Made by a program: the position numbers and the translations under genes. Under the pieces are notes generated by a model. It did no database searches and had not been told where the DNA came from. It worked only from the letters and a program-made list of their open reading frames with translations. This document shows, piece by piece, positions 39,830 through 50,463 of a DNA stretch of 64,000 bases. Positions within the stretch are counted from its first letter, which is position 1. Each line of letters opens with the position of its first letter. The DNA is taken from positions 6,466 through 70,465 of the forward strand of contig JANQRP010000015.1 in assembly GCA_028284495.1 (NCBI GenBank), in the 5' to 3' direction. Source of the stretch: Longimicrobiales bacterium (lineage in GTDB: Bacteria; Gemmatimonadota; Gemmatimonadetes; Longimicrobiales; Gaopeijiaceae).

Positions 39830-40606
39830 ATGCGCTCCATAACGCTCGCCTCCGCCCCGGCTCGTGTCGGGCCCGCCTGCCTCCTTGCCTTCGCCGCGCT
39901 CCTGGTGGCCGACAGCCTCTCGGCCCAGACGCTGCGTGGGCGCGTGACCGAGGGTCGCACGCAGGAGCCGCTCACCGACGTGGTGGTCTCCTTGCTCGAC
40001 GAGGACGCCAACGTGCTGGTGCAGACGGAGACCGGGCCGAGCGGCGGGTTCTCGCTGTCCGCGCCCGGGCCCGGCGAGTACTATGTCCGCGCGGAGCGCC
40101 TCTCCTTCACGACGGTCACCGACGGCATCTTCGCCTTCGCGTCGGAGGCGGGCGAGATGTCGATCGTGCTGTTCATGCTGCCGCAGCCGACCGAGCTCGA
40201 CGGCATCGACGTGCGCATCGAGCGGGAGCAGATCCGTCGCCGGCTCCGGTCCTCAGGGTTCTACGAGCGTGCGGCGATGGGCTTCGGACGCCACATCGGG
40301 CCCGACGAGATCGAACGGCGGCCCATCTTCACCTTCGCGGACTTTCTGCGGGGAATTCCCGGAGTTCGATTCGAGGACGAAGCGATCCAGTTCTCCGGCG
40401 GCCTTGCCGGCACGTGCACGCCCAACATCTACATCGACGGCGCGCAGGTCTTCCAGGACTTCGGGATCACGACGCTGATCCAGCCGGAGGAAGTGGAGGG
40501 GATCGAGGTGTACCGTGGTGTCGCGCAGACACCGATGGAGTGGGCCGGGTTGAACGGGACCTGCGGCGTCATCCTCATCTGGACGAAGTTCGGGGGAAGC
40601 GGGTAG
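39830..40606 (+). CDS. Carboxypeptidase-regulatory-like domain + TonB plug-like domain, no beta-barrel (paralog A1)
   Basis: Signal peptide; LRGRV.E...PL.DV.V.L; GFYER...G..IGP.EIE; C.PNIYIDG; EVEGIEVYRG...P.EW...GTCGVILIWTK. Confidence 0.75.
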   Translation: MRSITLASAPARVGPACLLAFAALLVADSLSAQTLRGRVTEGRTQEPLTDVVVSLLDEDANVLVQTETGPSGGFSLSAPGPGEYYVRAERLSFTTVTDGIFAFASEAGEMSIVLFMLPQPTELDGIDVRIEREQIRRRLRSSGFYERAAMGFGRHIGPDEIERRPIFTFADFLRGIPGVRFEDEAIQFSGGLAGTCTPNIYIDGAQVFQDFGITTLIQPEEVEGIEVYRGVAQTPMEWAGLNGTCGVILIWTKFGGSG

Positions 40607-41089
40607 CGCTTGTACCGCGGTGGGGCCGCGGCGAAGGGCGGCGTGGGCACCGAGCACCTCGATCGGGGAGCCCAGCCCAGGCTGCCCGCCACGGTTCGCG
40701 GGCCTGGCCCCGACCGCCGCACTCGGGGTAGCCGTCTCGTCCGCGCCGCCGCCGCCGCGTTCGTGGCTCTTGTCGCCTACGCCACGCTCCTGCTCCTCCA
40801 TCCCGACGGCTTTCCGTCGGAGAATCGAACGTCGGGGCGGTTTGGTCGACGTGTCCAGTTTCGTTCGACACGTGCCCGGCATCACGGCGATGCAGAGCCT
40901 CGTGCCATGCAAACGGCGGGGTCTGATCGAGGTCGCGGAGAGTCGGCGGTCGCCCGGTGAACCGCCGGCGCCGTCGCGCAGAGGGTACACAGGTGTCCAC
41001 TTCATCGGACATCATTGCATGGCCTTGGCCCGAGGTCATCCGCGCCGGTTGGCCCGGCCTGCGGCGGCCGTCCCGCATGCACAGCGCGA

Positions 41090-41105
41090 CGGAACGCCGC
41101 TTGCA
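41090..41105 (+). promoter_or_regulatory. Putative sigma-54 (-24/-12) promoter
   Basis: CGGAACG-CCGC-TTGCA has exact GG-N10-GC spacing and is close to consensus TGGCACG-N4-TTGCW; about 80 nt upstream of ATG 41185. Confidence 0.55.
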
Positions 41106-41184
41106 ATCGTGCACAGGTTGAACCGTGGACGGCCCGGCCCCCCTGCCCGGCCTCGTCACATCAGCAATCCGCACAGGAGGCGGC

Positions 41185-42222
41185 ATGAAGCTTGGGACCG
41201 CAGGCGCGCTCGCGGTAGTCACCCTTGCCCTGACTCTGGCGGTGCCGCCGTCCGGGTTGGGTGCGCAGACCTTCGAGGGTCGGGTCGTCGCGCACGGGTC
41301 CGACGCGCCCATCCAGGGCGCGCTGGTCGAGCTTTTGGGCTCCCGGCTCGTCACCATCACCGATGCCGACGGTGCGTTCGTGTTTCGCCGGGTCGGTCTC
41401 GCTGCCGACTCGATCCGCATCAGCCGCCTGGGCTACGAGACGCGCACCGCCTGGATCGACGTCGAGGCGCTCGACGGCCCGACCTTTCGGCTCGCCCGGG
41501 CCCCCATCGTGCTGGAGGGCATCACGGCCGACATGACGATGGAGACGCGCCTGCGCTGGATCGAGGAGCGTCTCGACGAGAGGGTGGGGGAGTGGCCCGG
41601 CGTGGCGCGCGTCGCCGATCGCGACGACCTCCGCCCGTTCGACGAGGACTGGTCCGGCAACAACTGGGAGTTCCTGCACAACGGCCCGCTCGGTGTGAGC
41701 TGGAACGGAGATGCGCCAGCGTCCCGCCCCTCGGTCCCGGCGCGGGAGGTGCGGGCCATCGGCGGCTTCGAGTCGGGGATCTGGGGGCCCGAGCAGGGCT
41801 ACGGAATCTCGAGTTCCACCGCCGACCTGACGTGGGTCGACGGCTACGGTGCCGTCACCCTGGAGTGGTGGCTGGACGACCAGCGCGTGGTCCGTCAGTC
41901 CGTGCTCAGCACACCGAACGAGTCGCTCTGCCGCATGGAGGTGTATGTGCCGGAGCGCTTCGTCGAGGACATCCAGCCGGCGCCTCAGTTGCGAGCCTAC
42001 ACCTGCTCCTTCCTGGGGCGTGTAGCGGCGGGCGAGGACGAGATCTGCCCGATACTCCAGCAGGCGGGACTGTTCATCGACCCCAACGCACAGGCGGGCA
42101 TCCTGCCGATCGTCCGCTTCTCGGCGGTTCGTCCCCTGGGCGCGATCGACCCGATCCGGCTCCAGGGCGCCGGGGACTACTCGGGGTCGAGTCCGGGGAT
42201 CGACTCGCGAGCCTGTCGGTGA
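41185..42222 (+). CDS. CarboxypepD_reg-like domain protein with divergent plug-like C-terminus (paralog B1)
   Basis: aggagg RBS; signal peptide; FEGRVV....PIQGA.V.L...TDADG.F.F; conserved Cys; highly similar to 43131..44156. Confidence 0.75.
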   Translation: MKLGTAGALAVVTLALTLAVPPSGLGAQTFEGRVVAHGSDAPIQGALVELLGSRLVTITDADGAFVFRRVGLAADSIRISRLGYETRTAWIDVEALDGPTFRLARAPIVLEGITADMTMETRLRWIEERLDERVGEWPGVARVADRDDLRPFDEDWSGNNWEFLHNGPLGVSWNGDAPASRPSVPAREVRAIGGFESGIWGPEQGYGISSSTADLTWVDGYGAVTLEWWLDDQRVVRQSVLSTPNESLCRMEVYVPERFVEDIQPAPQLRAYTCSFLGRVAAGEDEICPILQQAGLFIDPNAQAGILPIVRFSAVRPLGAIDPIRLQGAGDYSGSSPGIDSRACR

Positions 42223-42247
42223 ACCGCGGGCCGATCGTAGCGGGCGG

Positions 42248-43126
42248 ATGAGGTCGGAGATCCGGGTCGTGCCCTGGGGCCTGACCGCGGCTGCGGTCAC
42301 ACGGAAGATTCCGGTGGTCGCGGTGGCGGCGCTGGCGCTGCTCACCGCGACGCCGGTAGACGCGCAGATCCTGACCGGCCGGGTCCTCGACGGCACCTCG
42401 AACGAGCCGCTCACGGACGTCGCGGTGACGCTCCTCCACCCCGACGGCCATGAACTGGCGGACCCGGTGCCGTCGGATGCCCGCGGCAGGTTCGAAATCG
42501 AGCTCCCCGGCCCCGGCTCGTACTACCTGCGCGCAGACCTGATCGGCTACACCTCGATCGTCGACGGCATCTTCCACTTCGAGTCGGAGGAGGGGCGGAT
42601 GGACGTCGCGATCTACCTCCGCGTCGAACCGGTGGAGATCGAGGGGGTCGACGTTCGAGTCGAGCAGAGCCAGGCCCGGCGACACCTGAGGGCGGCGGGC
42701 TTCTACGAGCGGGCGGCAATGGGCTTCGGCGACTTCATCCCACCCGAGCAGATAGAGCAGCAGATTGCGGGGCACGTCTCGGATCACCTCCGCCGGATTC
42801 CGGGCGTCCGGACCTACTCCAGCCTCGTGCTCTTCCGCCGCCAGGGCCCGGGTACGATCACCGTCCGATACGCGGACGGGCGCTCGGTCGACCTGAATCT
42901 GTGCGAGCCGAATGTGTACGTGGACGGGGTCATGATGGCCAAGGCGACGACCTTTGGTGACACCATCCCGGAGACGCGTCTCGAGATGGGCCTCGATGCC
43001 TTCATGATGCCGCACGACATCTCCGCGATCGAGGTGTATCGCACCGCGAGTTCGACGCCCATCCAGTGGAGCGGCCTGAACGGCACGTGTGGCGCGATCG
43101 TCATCTGGACGAAGAGGGGGAGATGA
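42248..43126 (+). CDS. Carboxypeptidase-regulatory-like + TonB plug-like, barrel-less (paralog A2)
   Basis: Collinear with 39830..40606 (PLTDV.V.LL, PGPG.YY.RA, GFYERAAMGFG, IEVYR..TP.W.GLNGTCG.I.IWTK). Confidence 0.75.
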   Translation: MRSEIRVVPWGLTAAAVTRKIPVVAVAALALLTATPVDAQILTGRVLDGTSNEPLTDVAVTLLHPDGHELADPVPSDARGRFEIELPGPGSYYLRADLIGYTSIVDGIFHFESEEGRMDVAIYLRVEPVEIEGVDVRVEQSQARRHLRAAGFYERAAMGFGDFIPPEQIEQQIAGHVSDHLRRIPGVRTYSSLVLFRRQGPGTITVRYADGRSVDLNLCEPNVYVDGVMMAKATTFGDTIPETRLEMGLDAFMMPHDISAIEVYRTASSTPIQWSGLNGTCGAIVIWTKRGR

Positions 43127-43130
43127 GCAC

Positions 43131-44156
43131 ATGCCGACCACGAATCGACGGAGCGGGTTCATGATGGTAGCAGGCCCGCTCCCCATCGCCCGGTTCGGCC
43201 GGATCGCCCGACGTGTGCGGATCACCGGGGCGGGCGTCGCATGTGTCGCCGCCCTGGCGGGGTCGCCGCCGGCGGTATCCGCGCAGGCGTTCGAGGGTCG
43301 TGTCGTGGCCGCCGGGTACGGTACGCCGATCGTTGCGGCCACCGTCGAGCTGCTAGACGCCGGCCTGGTGACGCTCACCGACGACGAGGGGAGGTTCGAG
43401 TTCCTCCGGATCGCGTCGAGCTCCGACTCGGTACGGATCACGCGTCTCGGGTACGCGACCACGACGGTCCACGTGGTCTTCGGCGACGTCGACGAGCCGA
43501 CGTTCGAACTCGAGCGTCGACCCATCGAGCTCGAGGGCATCTCGACGGAACTCGACTTCGCGGGTCGGCTGGCGGTGCTCGACGAGCGTCTCGATCAGCG
43601 TATCGGCGAGTGGCCGGGAACGGCGCGTGTGGTAGGCGCGGACGACATTCGGCCCTTCGACGACGAGTGGGAGGGAAACCCCTGGAAGGCGCTGCACTAC
43701 AGTCCGCTCGGGGTGCGATGGGCAGGCGATTTCAGCGGTGCCGGGGCACTTGCCACCGATCGGGCGTGGATCGACGACTTCGGGTACGCCCGCCCCGAGG
43801 TCTGGATCGACGATCGACAGGTCTGGCTGCAGGCCCTGATCGAGACGCCCAACGAGTCTCTCTGCCGGCTCGAGGTGTACGCGCCGAAGCGGTACTACGA
43901 AGGCGTGCAGCCATTGGCGCAGCTGCGCGCGTATACATGCGCGTTCCTCGCCCGCGTCGCCGAGGGCCACGTCGAGGTGTGCCCGGTGCTCCAGTGGGGC
44001 AGGCTCATTTCGGGGCCCGATGCCGGGGGAGGCCTCGCGCGCGTCGACCGCCGTGCTGCCGTCCGTCCGCCCGGGTCGGTCACTCCGATCGACCTCGGGC
44101 CCGATCTGGATCTGTCGGTCACCGCGACGGGGGTGGGATCGGGCGCCTGCCTCTGA
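43131..44156 (+). CDS. CarboxypepD_reg-like domain protein (paralog B2)
   Basis: Shares ERLD.R.GEWPG.ARV, RPFD.W.GN.W, TPNESLCR.EVY.P, QLRAYTC.FL.RVA.G with B1. Confidence 0.75.
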   Translation: MPTTNRRSGFMMVAGPLPIARFGRIARRVRITGAGVACVAALAGSPPAVSAQAFEGRVVAAGYGTPIVAATVELLDAGLVTLTDDEGRFEFLRIASSSDSVRITRLGYATTTVHVVFGDVDEPTFELERRPIELEGISTELDFAGRLAVLDERLDQRIGEWPGTARVVGADDIRPFDDEWEGNPWKALHYSPLGVRWAGDFSGAGALATDRAWIDDFGYARPEVWIDDRQVWLQALIETPNESLCRLEVYAPKRYYEGVQPLAQLRAYTCAFLARVAEGHVEVCPVLQWGRLISGPDAGGGLARVDRRAAVRPPGSVTPIDLGPDLDLSVTATGVGSGACL

Positions 44157-44175
44157 GCCGACACCGCGGAGCGTC

Positions 44176-45426
44176 CTACTCCTCGGAGTGGTCCACGATG
44201 AGGCGGTGCGCGGTCAGGCGAAGCGCGTTCACACGGATGAAGCCACGCGCGTCCTCCTGGTCGTAGCCGCCGGCGACGTCCATCGAGCTGAGGTCCTGGT
44301 CGTAGAGGGAGCTCGGGCTCGACCGGCCCTCGACGATGCAGCTGCCCCTGAAGAGCTTCAGCCGCACCTCGCCGTCGATGAGCGCGGAGGACTGCTCGAA
44401 CGCGGCCTCGACGAAGTCCATCTCGGGTGAGAACCAGAAGCCGTTGTAGATGATCTCCGCGAAGCGGGGCGAGAGCATGTCGCGGAGCCGCCGCACCTCA
44501 CGGTCCATCGCGATCCCCTCGAGGTCGCGGAGCGCGAAGTGGAGGACGGTGCCGCCCGGCGTCTCGTACACCCCGCGCGACTTGATCCCCACGAACCGGT
44601 TCTCGACGATGTCGATCCGGCCGATCCCGTGCGCGCCGCCGAGGTCGTTGAGGTACCCGACGACGCCGACCGGATCGGACACCGTCGTCCCGTCCCCGAG
44701 GTTCTCGACCTCGACGGGGACGGCGTCCTTGAACCGAACGACGATCCGGTCCGGGGTGTCGGGCGTGTCCTCGAGCGCGCGCGTCAGCTTGAACATGTCC
44801 TTCGGCGGCTCGGCGTCGGGGTCCTCCAGCATCCCGGCCTCGTAGGACCGATGCATCAGGTTCTCGTCGCTCGAGTACGGCTTCTCGGCGGTCGCCTCCA
44901 CCGGGATGTCGTGCTCGGCGGCGAAGGCGAGAAGGTCCCGACGTCCCTGAAAGCGCGCCAGGAACTCCGGGTCCTTCCACGGCGAGATGACCTCGAGATC
45001 GGGCGCGAGGGCGGCGAAGGCCAGTTCGAAACGCACCTGGTCGTTGCCCTTGCCCGTGGCCCCGTGCGCCACCGCCGTCGCGCCTACCCTCCGGGCTACC
45101 TCCACCTGGCGCTTGGCGATCACCGGCCGCGCGAGCGCCGTCCCCAGCAGGTAGCGGTTCTCGTAGACCGCATTCCCGGCGATGGCGGGGAAGATGAAGT
45201 CCGTGACGAACTCGGCCTGCAGGTCCTCGACGAACACCTGCGACGCGCCGGTCTGTCGGGCGCGCGCCGCGATGTCGTCGAAGTCCTCGAGCTGGCCGAC
45301 GTTCGCCACGTAGGCCACGACTTCGTGGCCCTGCTGGATGAGCGTCTTGAGGATGCAGGCGGTGTCGAGACCCCCGCTGTAGGCGAGGACGACCCGCTTC
45401 CCGCCCGCCGACACGGCGTCGCTCAC
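44176..45426 (-). CDS. argG: Argininosuccinate synthase
   Basis: [68 protein letters not shown] start overlaps the upstream TGA. Confidence 0.96.
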   Translation of the reverse strand: MSDAVSAGGKRVVLAYSGGLDTACILKTLIQQGHEVVAYVANVGQLEDFDDIAARARQTGASQVFVEDLQAEFVTDFIFPAIAGNAVYENRYLLGTALARPVIAKRQVEVARRVGATAVAHGATGKGNDQVRFELAFAALAPDLEVISPWKDPEFLARFQGRRDLLAFAAEHDIPVEATAEKPYSSDENLMHRSYEAGMLEDPDAEPPKDMFKLTRALEDTPDTPDRIVVRFKDAVPVEVENLGDGTTVSDPVGVVGYLNDLGGAHGIGRIDIVENRFVGIKSRGVYETPGGTVLHFALRDLEGIAMDREVRRLRDMLSPRFAEIIYNGFWFSPEMDFVEAAFEQSSALIDGEVRLKLFRGSCIVEGRSSPSSLYDQDLSSMDVAGGYDQEDARGFIRVNALRLTAHRLIVDHSEE

Positions 45427-48137
45427 CGGCGCTGCATCCACCACTCGTCGCGGAGGATCGAGGCCTTCGCCTCCATCCGCTGTCCGTCCACGTTCAGGAC
45501 GAAGCGGTACTCGCCGACCGGAGCGTCCGCGCTCTCGTAGCGGATCTGGTCCTCGCTCATCCGGTTGCCGAACCGCTCCCGCATCTCGGCCTGGTCGGCC
45601 TCGCTGCGCTCCACTCGGCGCTCCATGTCCCAGGCGGCCATGTGCAGGCCCTCGGAGGTCTCCGCCTCGAGCTCGGCCACGAGCATCTGACCCTGGTAGA
45701 CCTCGAGCGTCACGTTGGCGGCGCCGAACCCGAGCCAGTAGTAGACCGGGATCTCCATCGCCTCGTTTTCGCCGTTGAAGTTGTGGAACGCCGAGTGCCC
45801 GCGATCGCTTCCGATCCAGCGGACCTTCGACTCCGGCGTGAACAGGTGGGCCGCGGACGCCATCACCGTCGGCGTGAGCTGCGCGAGCGGAGCGATGTCG
45901 GCGATGTAGATGCCTCGCCCGTGCGTGGCGACGATGAGGTCGTTCTCACGCGGGTGGATCTGCATGTCGTGCACCGGCTGCGTCGGCATGTTGTTCTTCA
46001 TCGAGACCCAGCTCCCGCCGCGGTCGGCCGACGCCCACACCTGGAACTCGGTGCCGACGAAGAGCAGGTCGGGGTTCTGGTGGTGCTCGCGAACCACGTT
46101 GATCGGACCGTAGTCCGGGAGGTTCGACGAGATGTCCCTCCACGTGGCGCCGAAGTCGTCGGTGGCGTAGACGAAGGCGCGGAAGTCGTCGCGACGATAC
46201 CCGGTGTAGCTGACGTACGCGCGGGCGGGGTCGTGGTGGGACGCCTCCACGCGGCTCACCCAGTATTCGGGGTTGTTCGGGATGTTCGCGTTCAGGAGCG
46301 TCCAGCTGTCGCCGCCGTCTCTCGTAACCTGGACGTTCCCGTCGTCCGTGCCGACCCAGATCACGTCAGCGTCCAGGTCCGACTGGTCGAAGGTCGTGAT
46401 CGTCGCGTACTGAATGTTGCCGTCGCCGCCCTTGCCCGTCGTGAGCGTCATCGGGTCGGCCTTCGTGAGATCCGGACTGATGTAGTCCCATGTGGTGCCC
46501 CTGTCGGGTGAGCGGAGGAGCCGGTTCGCGCCGTGGAAAATCACGTCGCAGTCGTGGTTCGACACCTGAATCGGCGCGTTCCAGTTGAAGCGGAGGTCCG
46601 GGTCCTGCATGCGGATCCCCTCGGACTCACCCGTCCAGAGGTCGGTTCGACGGAGCGGCCCGAACTGGGACTCGTTGTAGAGATAGCGGTTGTTGCAGAG
46701 GTCGAAGACGTTGTACATCCCGTCCCCGCCTCCGACCGTCTCCCAGTCCTCGAAGCCGATCGAGTTGCCGCCGGGGTTCGTGTGGTACGTCATGTGGGAG
46801 CCGTTGTCCTGCAGCCCACCGGCGACGCGGTACGGATAGGACATGTCGTAGCCCACGGCGTAGAACTGCGCGAGCGACTGGTTGTCCGGGTGCGTCCAGT
46901 TTTCGCCCCCGTCGAAGGTGACGCCCATGCCGTGGTCGTAGCCGAGGATCATGTGGTTCGAGTCCTCGGGGTTGATCCAGAGCGCGTGGTCGTCCCCGCC
47001 GAAGCCGAGCGCGCCCATGTCCCACGTCCGGCCGCCGTCCTCGGACGCCATGGTCCGGACCGACAGCACCCAGACGCGGTCCGCGTCGTTCGGGTCGACC
47101 CGGATCTGGCCGTAGTAGTACGCGGGGCCGCCGCCGATCGGCTGATCGTCGGGGTTGGTCTTCACCCACGTCTCACCGGCATCGTCCGAGCGGTAGATCT
47201 CGCCGCCGATCATCCCGCGGGAGGACTGGTGCGTGAGGAGCTCCTGGTAGCGCTCCTCGTCGCTCATCCCCGGCTTGTTCGCGTTCTCGATCGTCAGGTA
47301 GACGATGTCCGGGTTCTGCGGGTAGATGTCGACGCCGATCCGTCCGAGCATGCCCATGGGCAGGCCGCCCTCCAGCATCTCCCACGAGTCACCACCGTCG
47401 GTGGACTTGTACACCCGGCTCCCCGGGCCACCGAGGTCGTAGCTCCACGGCACGCGCACCTTGTCGAAGGTGGTGGCGTAGAGCACGTCGGGAGTGAGGG
47501 GGTTCATCGCGACGTCCACGACGCCGATCGTCTTGCCGTTCACGACCGGAGCGAGGATCTGCTCCCACGACTCCCCGCCGTTGGTCGAGCGGTAGAGGCC
47601 GCGCTCGGGGTTCTCGCTGTAGAGCTTCCCGAGGGCGGCGACGTAGACGAGGTCCGGGTCGTCCGGATGCACGACGATGCGTCCGATATGGTGCGACTCC
47701 GGCAGACCCATGCTGGTCCAGGTGTCCCCGCCGTCCGTCGACTTGTACACCCCGTTGCCCCAGTAGCTCGACCTGGAGTTGTTCGGCTCACCTGAGCCGA
47801 GATAGAGGATGTCCCCGTCGGACGGGGCGACCGTGATGTCCCCGATCGAGAAGACTTCCTCGTCCGTGAACTGGACCTCGAACGTGGTGCCGTGGTTCTC
47901 GGTCTTCCAGAGGTGCCCGGATGCGGCGGCGATCCAGAAGGTGCGCGACTGCTCGGGGTGCACCGCGATATCGACGAACCGGCCACTCCGGCGGGTCGGA
48001 CCGATTTCGCGGTACTCGAGCGACGCTACGTGGTCGGCGGTGAAGTTGGCCGACTGGGCCTCGGCCGGAGCCGGGTTCGACGGGACGAGCAGGAGCCCGG
48101 CGGCGAGGCCGAGGACGCTGCGACGGGGAAGGGACAT
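45423..48137 (-). CDS. Secreted BNR/Asp-box (sortilin/VPS10-like) beta-propeller protein, putative glycosyl hydrolase
   Basis: Signal peptide; IGPTRRSGR; many SxDGGxTW Asp-boxes ([32 protein letters not shown]); substrate unknown. Confidence 0.85.
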   Translation of the reverse strand: MSLPRRSVLGLAAGLLLVPSNPAPAEAQSANFTADHVASLEYREIGPTRRSGRFVDIAVHPEQSRTFWIAAASGHLWKTENHGTTFEVQFTDEEVFSIGDITVAPSDGDILYLGSGEPNNSRSSYWGNGVYKSTDGGDTWTSMGLPESHHIGRIVVHPDDPDLVYVAALGKLYSENPERGLYRSTNGGESWEQILAPVVNGKTIGVVDVAMNPLTPDVLYATTFDKVRVPWSYDLGGPGSRVYKSTDGGDSWEMLEGGLPMGMLGRIGVDIYPQNPDIVYLTIENANKPGMSDEERYQELLTHQSSRGMIGGEIYRSDDAGETWVKTNPDDQPIGGGPAYYYGQIRVDPNDADRVWVLSVRTMASEDGGRTWDMGALGFGGDDHALWINPEDSNHMILGYDHGMGVTFDGGENWTHPDNQSLAQFYAVGYDMSYPYRVAGGLQDNGSHMTYHTNPGGNSIGFEDWETVGGGDGMYNVFDLCNNRYLYNESQFGPLRRTDLWTGESEGIRMQDPDLRFNWNAPIQVSNHDCDVIFHGANRLLRSPDRGTTWDYISPDLTKADPMTLTTGKGGDGNIQYATITTFDQSDLDADVIWVGTDDGNVQVTRDGGDSWTLLNANIPNNPEYWVSRVEASHHDPARAYVSYTGYRRDDFRAFVYATDDFGATWRDISSNLPDYGPINVVREHHQNPDLLFVGTEFQVWASADRGGSWVSMKNNMPTQPVHDMQIHPRENDLIVATHGRGIYIADIAPLAQLTPTVMASAAHLFTPESKVRWIGSDRGHSAFHNFNGENEAMEIPVYYWLGFGAANVTLEVYQGQMLVAELEAETSEGLHMAAWDMERRVERSEADQAEMRERFGNRMSEDQIRYESADAPVGEYRFVLNVDGQRMEAKASILRDEWWMQRR

Positions 48138-48369
48138 CGGGCGAGACTCCGGACTGTTCGGTACATGGGCGGATCCACCCTGAATGGACCGGTGAACCCC
48201 GCCGAATGCTGAAAGGACCGAGACAATACGGCCATGACGGGGCGGATGCGAGGGTCGGCGGCTGACCGACGGGACGGAGGCCGCGCTTCGGTGCATCGAC
48301 CCGGCGCGAGCGCGCCTGCTCGCGTCCGCCCAGACGTGGCGAGACTTCCGAGATGGCGTGCCGGTCCGG

Positions 48370-50325
48370 TTATCCCCCCGGACCGACGAAGATCAGGCGC
48401 GCATCGTCGTCGAGCACCGCCTGGTAGAATTCGACGAGTTCCTGGATCGACTCCGGCTCGAACACGCCGGTCGTGCCGTTGCTCATCCGTCGCAGGCGCA
48501 TGATCCGACCTTCTTGTGTGTAGCTCGACTCGTAGTGCCCGAAGCGGGAGTCGACGGTCACGGACGGTGGGAGGTCGGCGAGCCATCCCTCCGGCAGCGC
48601 GATCTCGATGCGCGTGTCTTCGAGGACGGGGCCGATGACCTGCTCGGACTCGACGGGGAGGCGGCGGTCGGCGGCCTCGCGCTCCAGCTGACGAACGAAC
48701 GTCGGGTCCGCTTCCGGTGCCAGGGGCGTCTCCAGCCACAACCCCGCCCCCCTCGCCGGGCGGGTCACCCGGGACGCCTCGAGGTTCATCGCGATCCGCA
48801 CCGGCGTATCGGGATCGTCCATGCCCTCGAGGACCACGTCGGATCCGGTCGCACCGGCGAACAGCGCTCCCGCGAAGCCGTCCGCGAAGTCTTCCATGAA
48901 CTCGGGTTCTTCGGGGTCGAGGAATCCGAACATCCCCCTCAACTGCTGTGCCGCGGCTCCATCGGCCCGGAGCTCGATGCGTCCCGTGAGCAGCCCGTCC
49001 TCGGTGAGCCCGCCCTCGAACTCCGTAATCGTCGTAGACGCCCACTCGTCACTGGGAAACTCCACCTCGTGGGTCGAGCCGTCGTCGAGGACGATCATGC
49101 CGAACTCGCCGGCGTACGAAAGCGGGACTCCGCCGAAGGGAACGACGTCGGTGGTCAGATCCGCCCACACCCATGCGTCGTCCACCCGGACCGCGGCAAT
49201 CATGTGGTTGAGCTGGGTCAGGGCCGGTACGCGCTCGTCGAGCCCGCCGTCGCTGAGCAGGACGGGGAAGGCCTCGAAGCCGAGCGCCCGCGCGAGTCCG
49301 ATGAAGAGAGCGGCCTTGTCCTTGCAGTCGCCCGAACGCGTCCGGAGCACGTCGGCGGCGGCCTGTGGAACGTAGCCGCGTTCGCCCAGGGCCACCGACA
49401 CGTACCGGAAGTCGTCGACGATCCAGCGGTGGAGCGCGCGCAGGGCGTCCCGACCCTCCGCCTCGCCGATGACCGAATCCGCGGCCGCGCGGACGTCGTC
49501 GGTGATGGCCCACGGATCGTCGAGCAGCTCCGCATACCAGGCGCCGATATCGGCCCACGAGCCCGCAGACGCCACCTGAACCCAGTGGAACTCGTCGTTC
49601 TCGAAGGGGGCGAACGGCTCGGCCTCGAAGGGCGGCTGATCGCGTGCGCTCCAGGTGTACAGGTCCCGGCCGTCTGTGGTGGCGAGGTCGTAGGACGGTG
49701 CACCTTCGGACGCAACGATTCTGAAATCGAAGCCTGCTGGCACGTCGACGGTGAGCCGCGACCGTCGGACCTCATCCGCGGAGCTGATCAGCCACGCCTG
49801 GAGGAAGTCTCCATGGCGAATGCGCTCCTCATACTCGTATGTGTAGCTGACGTCGACGATGGAGCCTGGTTCGACTCCGGAGAGCGAGATGCGGACCTGG
49901 CGCGTGTCCGAGTAGACCGGCTCGCTGCCGAAGGTCGGCAGAGTGGAGGCCTCCTGATGAATGGGTGCGTCTTCAAGAACGGTCCCGTCGGGTGTGACGA
50001 CACGTGCCCAGTTGTAGGCCCCCGTCGACGTGGCACCGTCCCAGGTGAGAACCTGCTCGGCGTTCGTTGCCACCGCATCCCGGGTCCGGACGTGTACGAC
50101 GGTGCGGTACGTCGCCCGGACCACGCCTTCCTCCTCGACCACGACGTAGCCCTCGTCGAGGAGCACGACCTGATCGGCGTCGGCGTCGATCGCGGAATCC
50201 GCCGCGAGCTCGTACAGCTCGATGTCGTCCGGGGTGGGATCCGGGCCGGTGACGGGGTCCTGCGCCCGAACCGCCGACGGGATCGCAAGCAGCGCAAGCG
50301 CGAAGAAAAGGACGTAAGGACGCAT
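48370..50325 (-). CDS. DUF3857 + transglutaminase-like domain protein
   Basis: Signal peptide; GVEPGSIVDVSY; FRYVSV.LGERGYVPQAAADVLRTRSGDCKDKA (catalytic Cys); NHMIAAV; DLT. Confidence 0.85.
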   Translation of the reverse strand: MRPYVLFFALALLAIPSAVRAQDPVTGPDPTPDDIELYELAADSAIDADADQVVLLDEGYVVVEEEGVVRATYRTVVHVRTRDAVATNAEQVLTWDGATSTGAYNWARVVTPDGTVLEDAPIHQEASTLPTFGSEPVYSDTRQVRISLSGVEPGSIVDVSYTYEYEERIRHGDFLQAWLISSADEVRRSRLTVDVPAGFDFRIVASEGAPSYDLATTDGRDLYTWSARDQPPFEAEPFAPFENDEFHWVQVASAGSWADIGAWYAELLDDPWAITDDVRAAADSVIGEAEGRDALRALHRWIVDDFRYVSVALGERGYVPQAAADVLRTRSGDCKDKAALFIGLARALGFEAFPVLLSDGGLDERVPALTQLNHMIAAVRVDDAWVWADLTTDVVPFGGVPLSYAGEFGMIVLDDGSTHEVEFPSDEWASTTITEFEGGLTEDGLLTGRIELRADGAAAQQLRGMFGFLDPEEPEFMEDFADGFAGALFAGATGSDVVLEGMDDPDTPVRIAMNLEASRVTRPARGAGLWLETPLAPEADPTFVRQLEREAADRRLPVESEQVIGPVLEDTRIEIALPEGWLADLPPSVTVDSRFGHYESSYTQEGRIMRLRRMSNGTTGVFEPESIQELVEFYQAVLDDDARLIFVGPGG

Positions 50326-50463
50326 CATGTGGGAGCCGAATGGGTAGAATCGCCACCCTCGCAGCTTACCGGGTGCGCGTGCGACCGGGAAAGGGGGCGT
50401 GGCCTGCACCCATCGGCCCCGGCCACGCCCCCGACCTGCGCACGGCGCGGTAGCGGCCCAGCG

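Noticed and set aside
40610-40960. 116-aa ORF with a short hydrophobic stretch in the gap of the plug cluster
   Set aside because: No RBS, atypical codon usage and no motifs; the region is better explained as regulatory DNA, though a small gene cannot be excluded.
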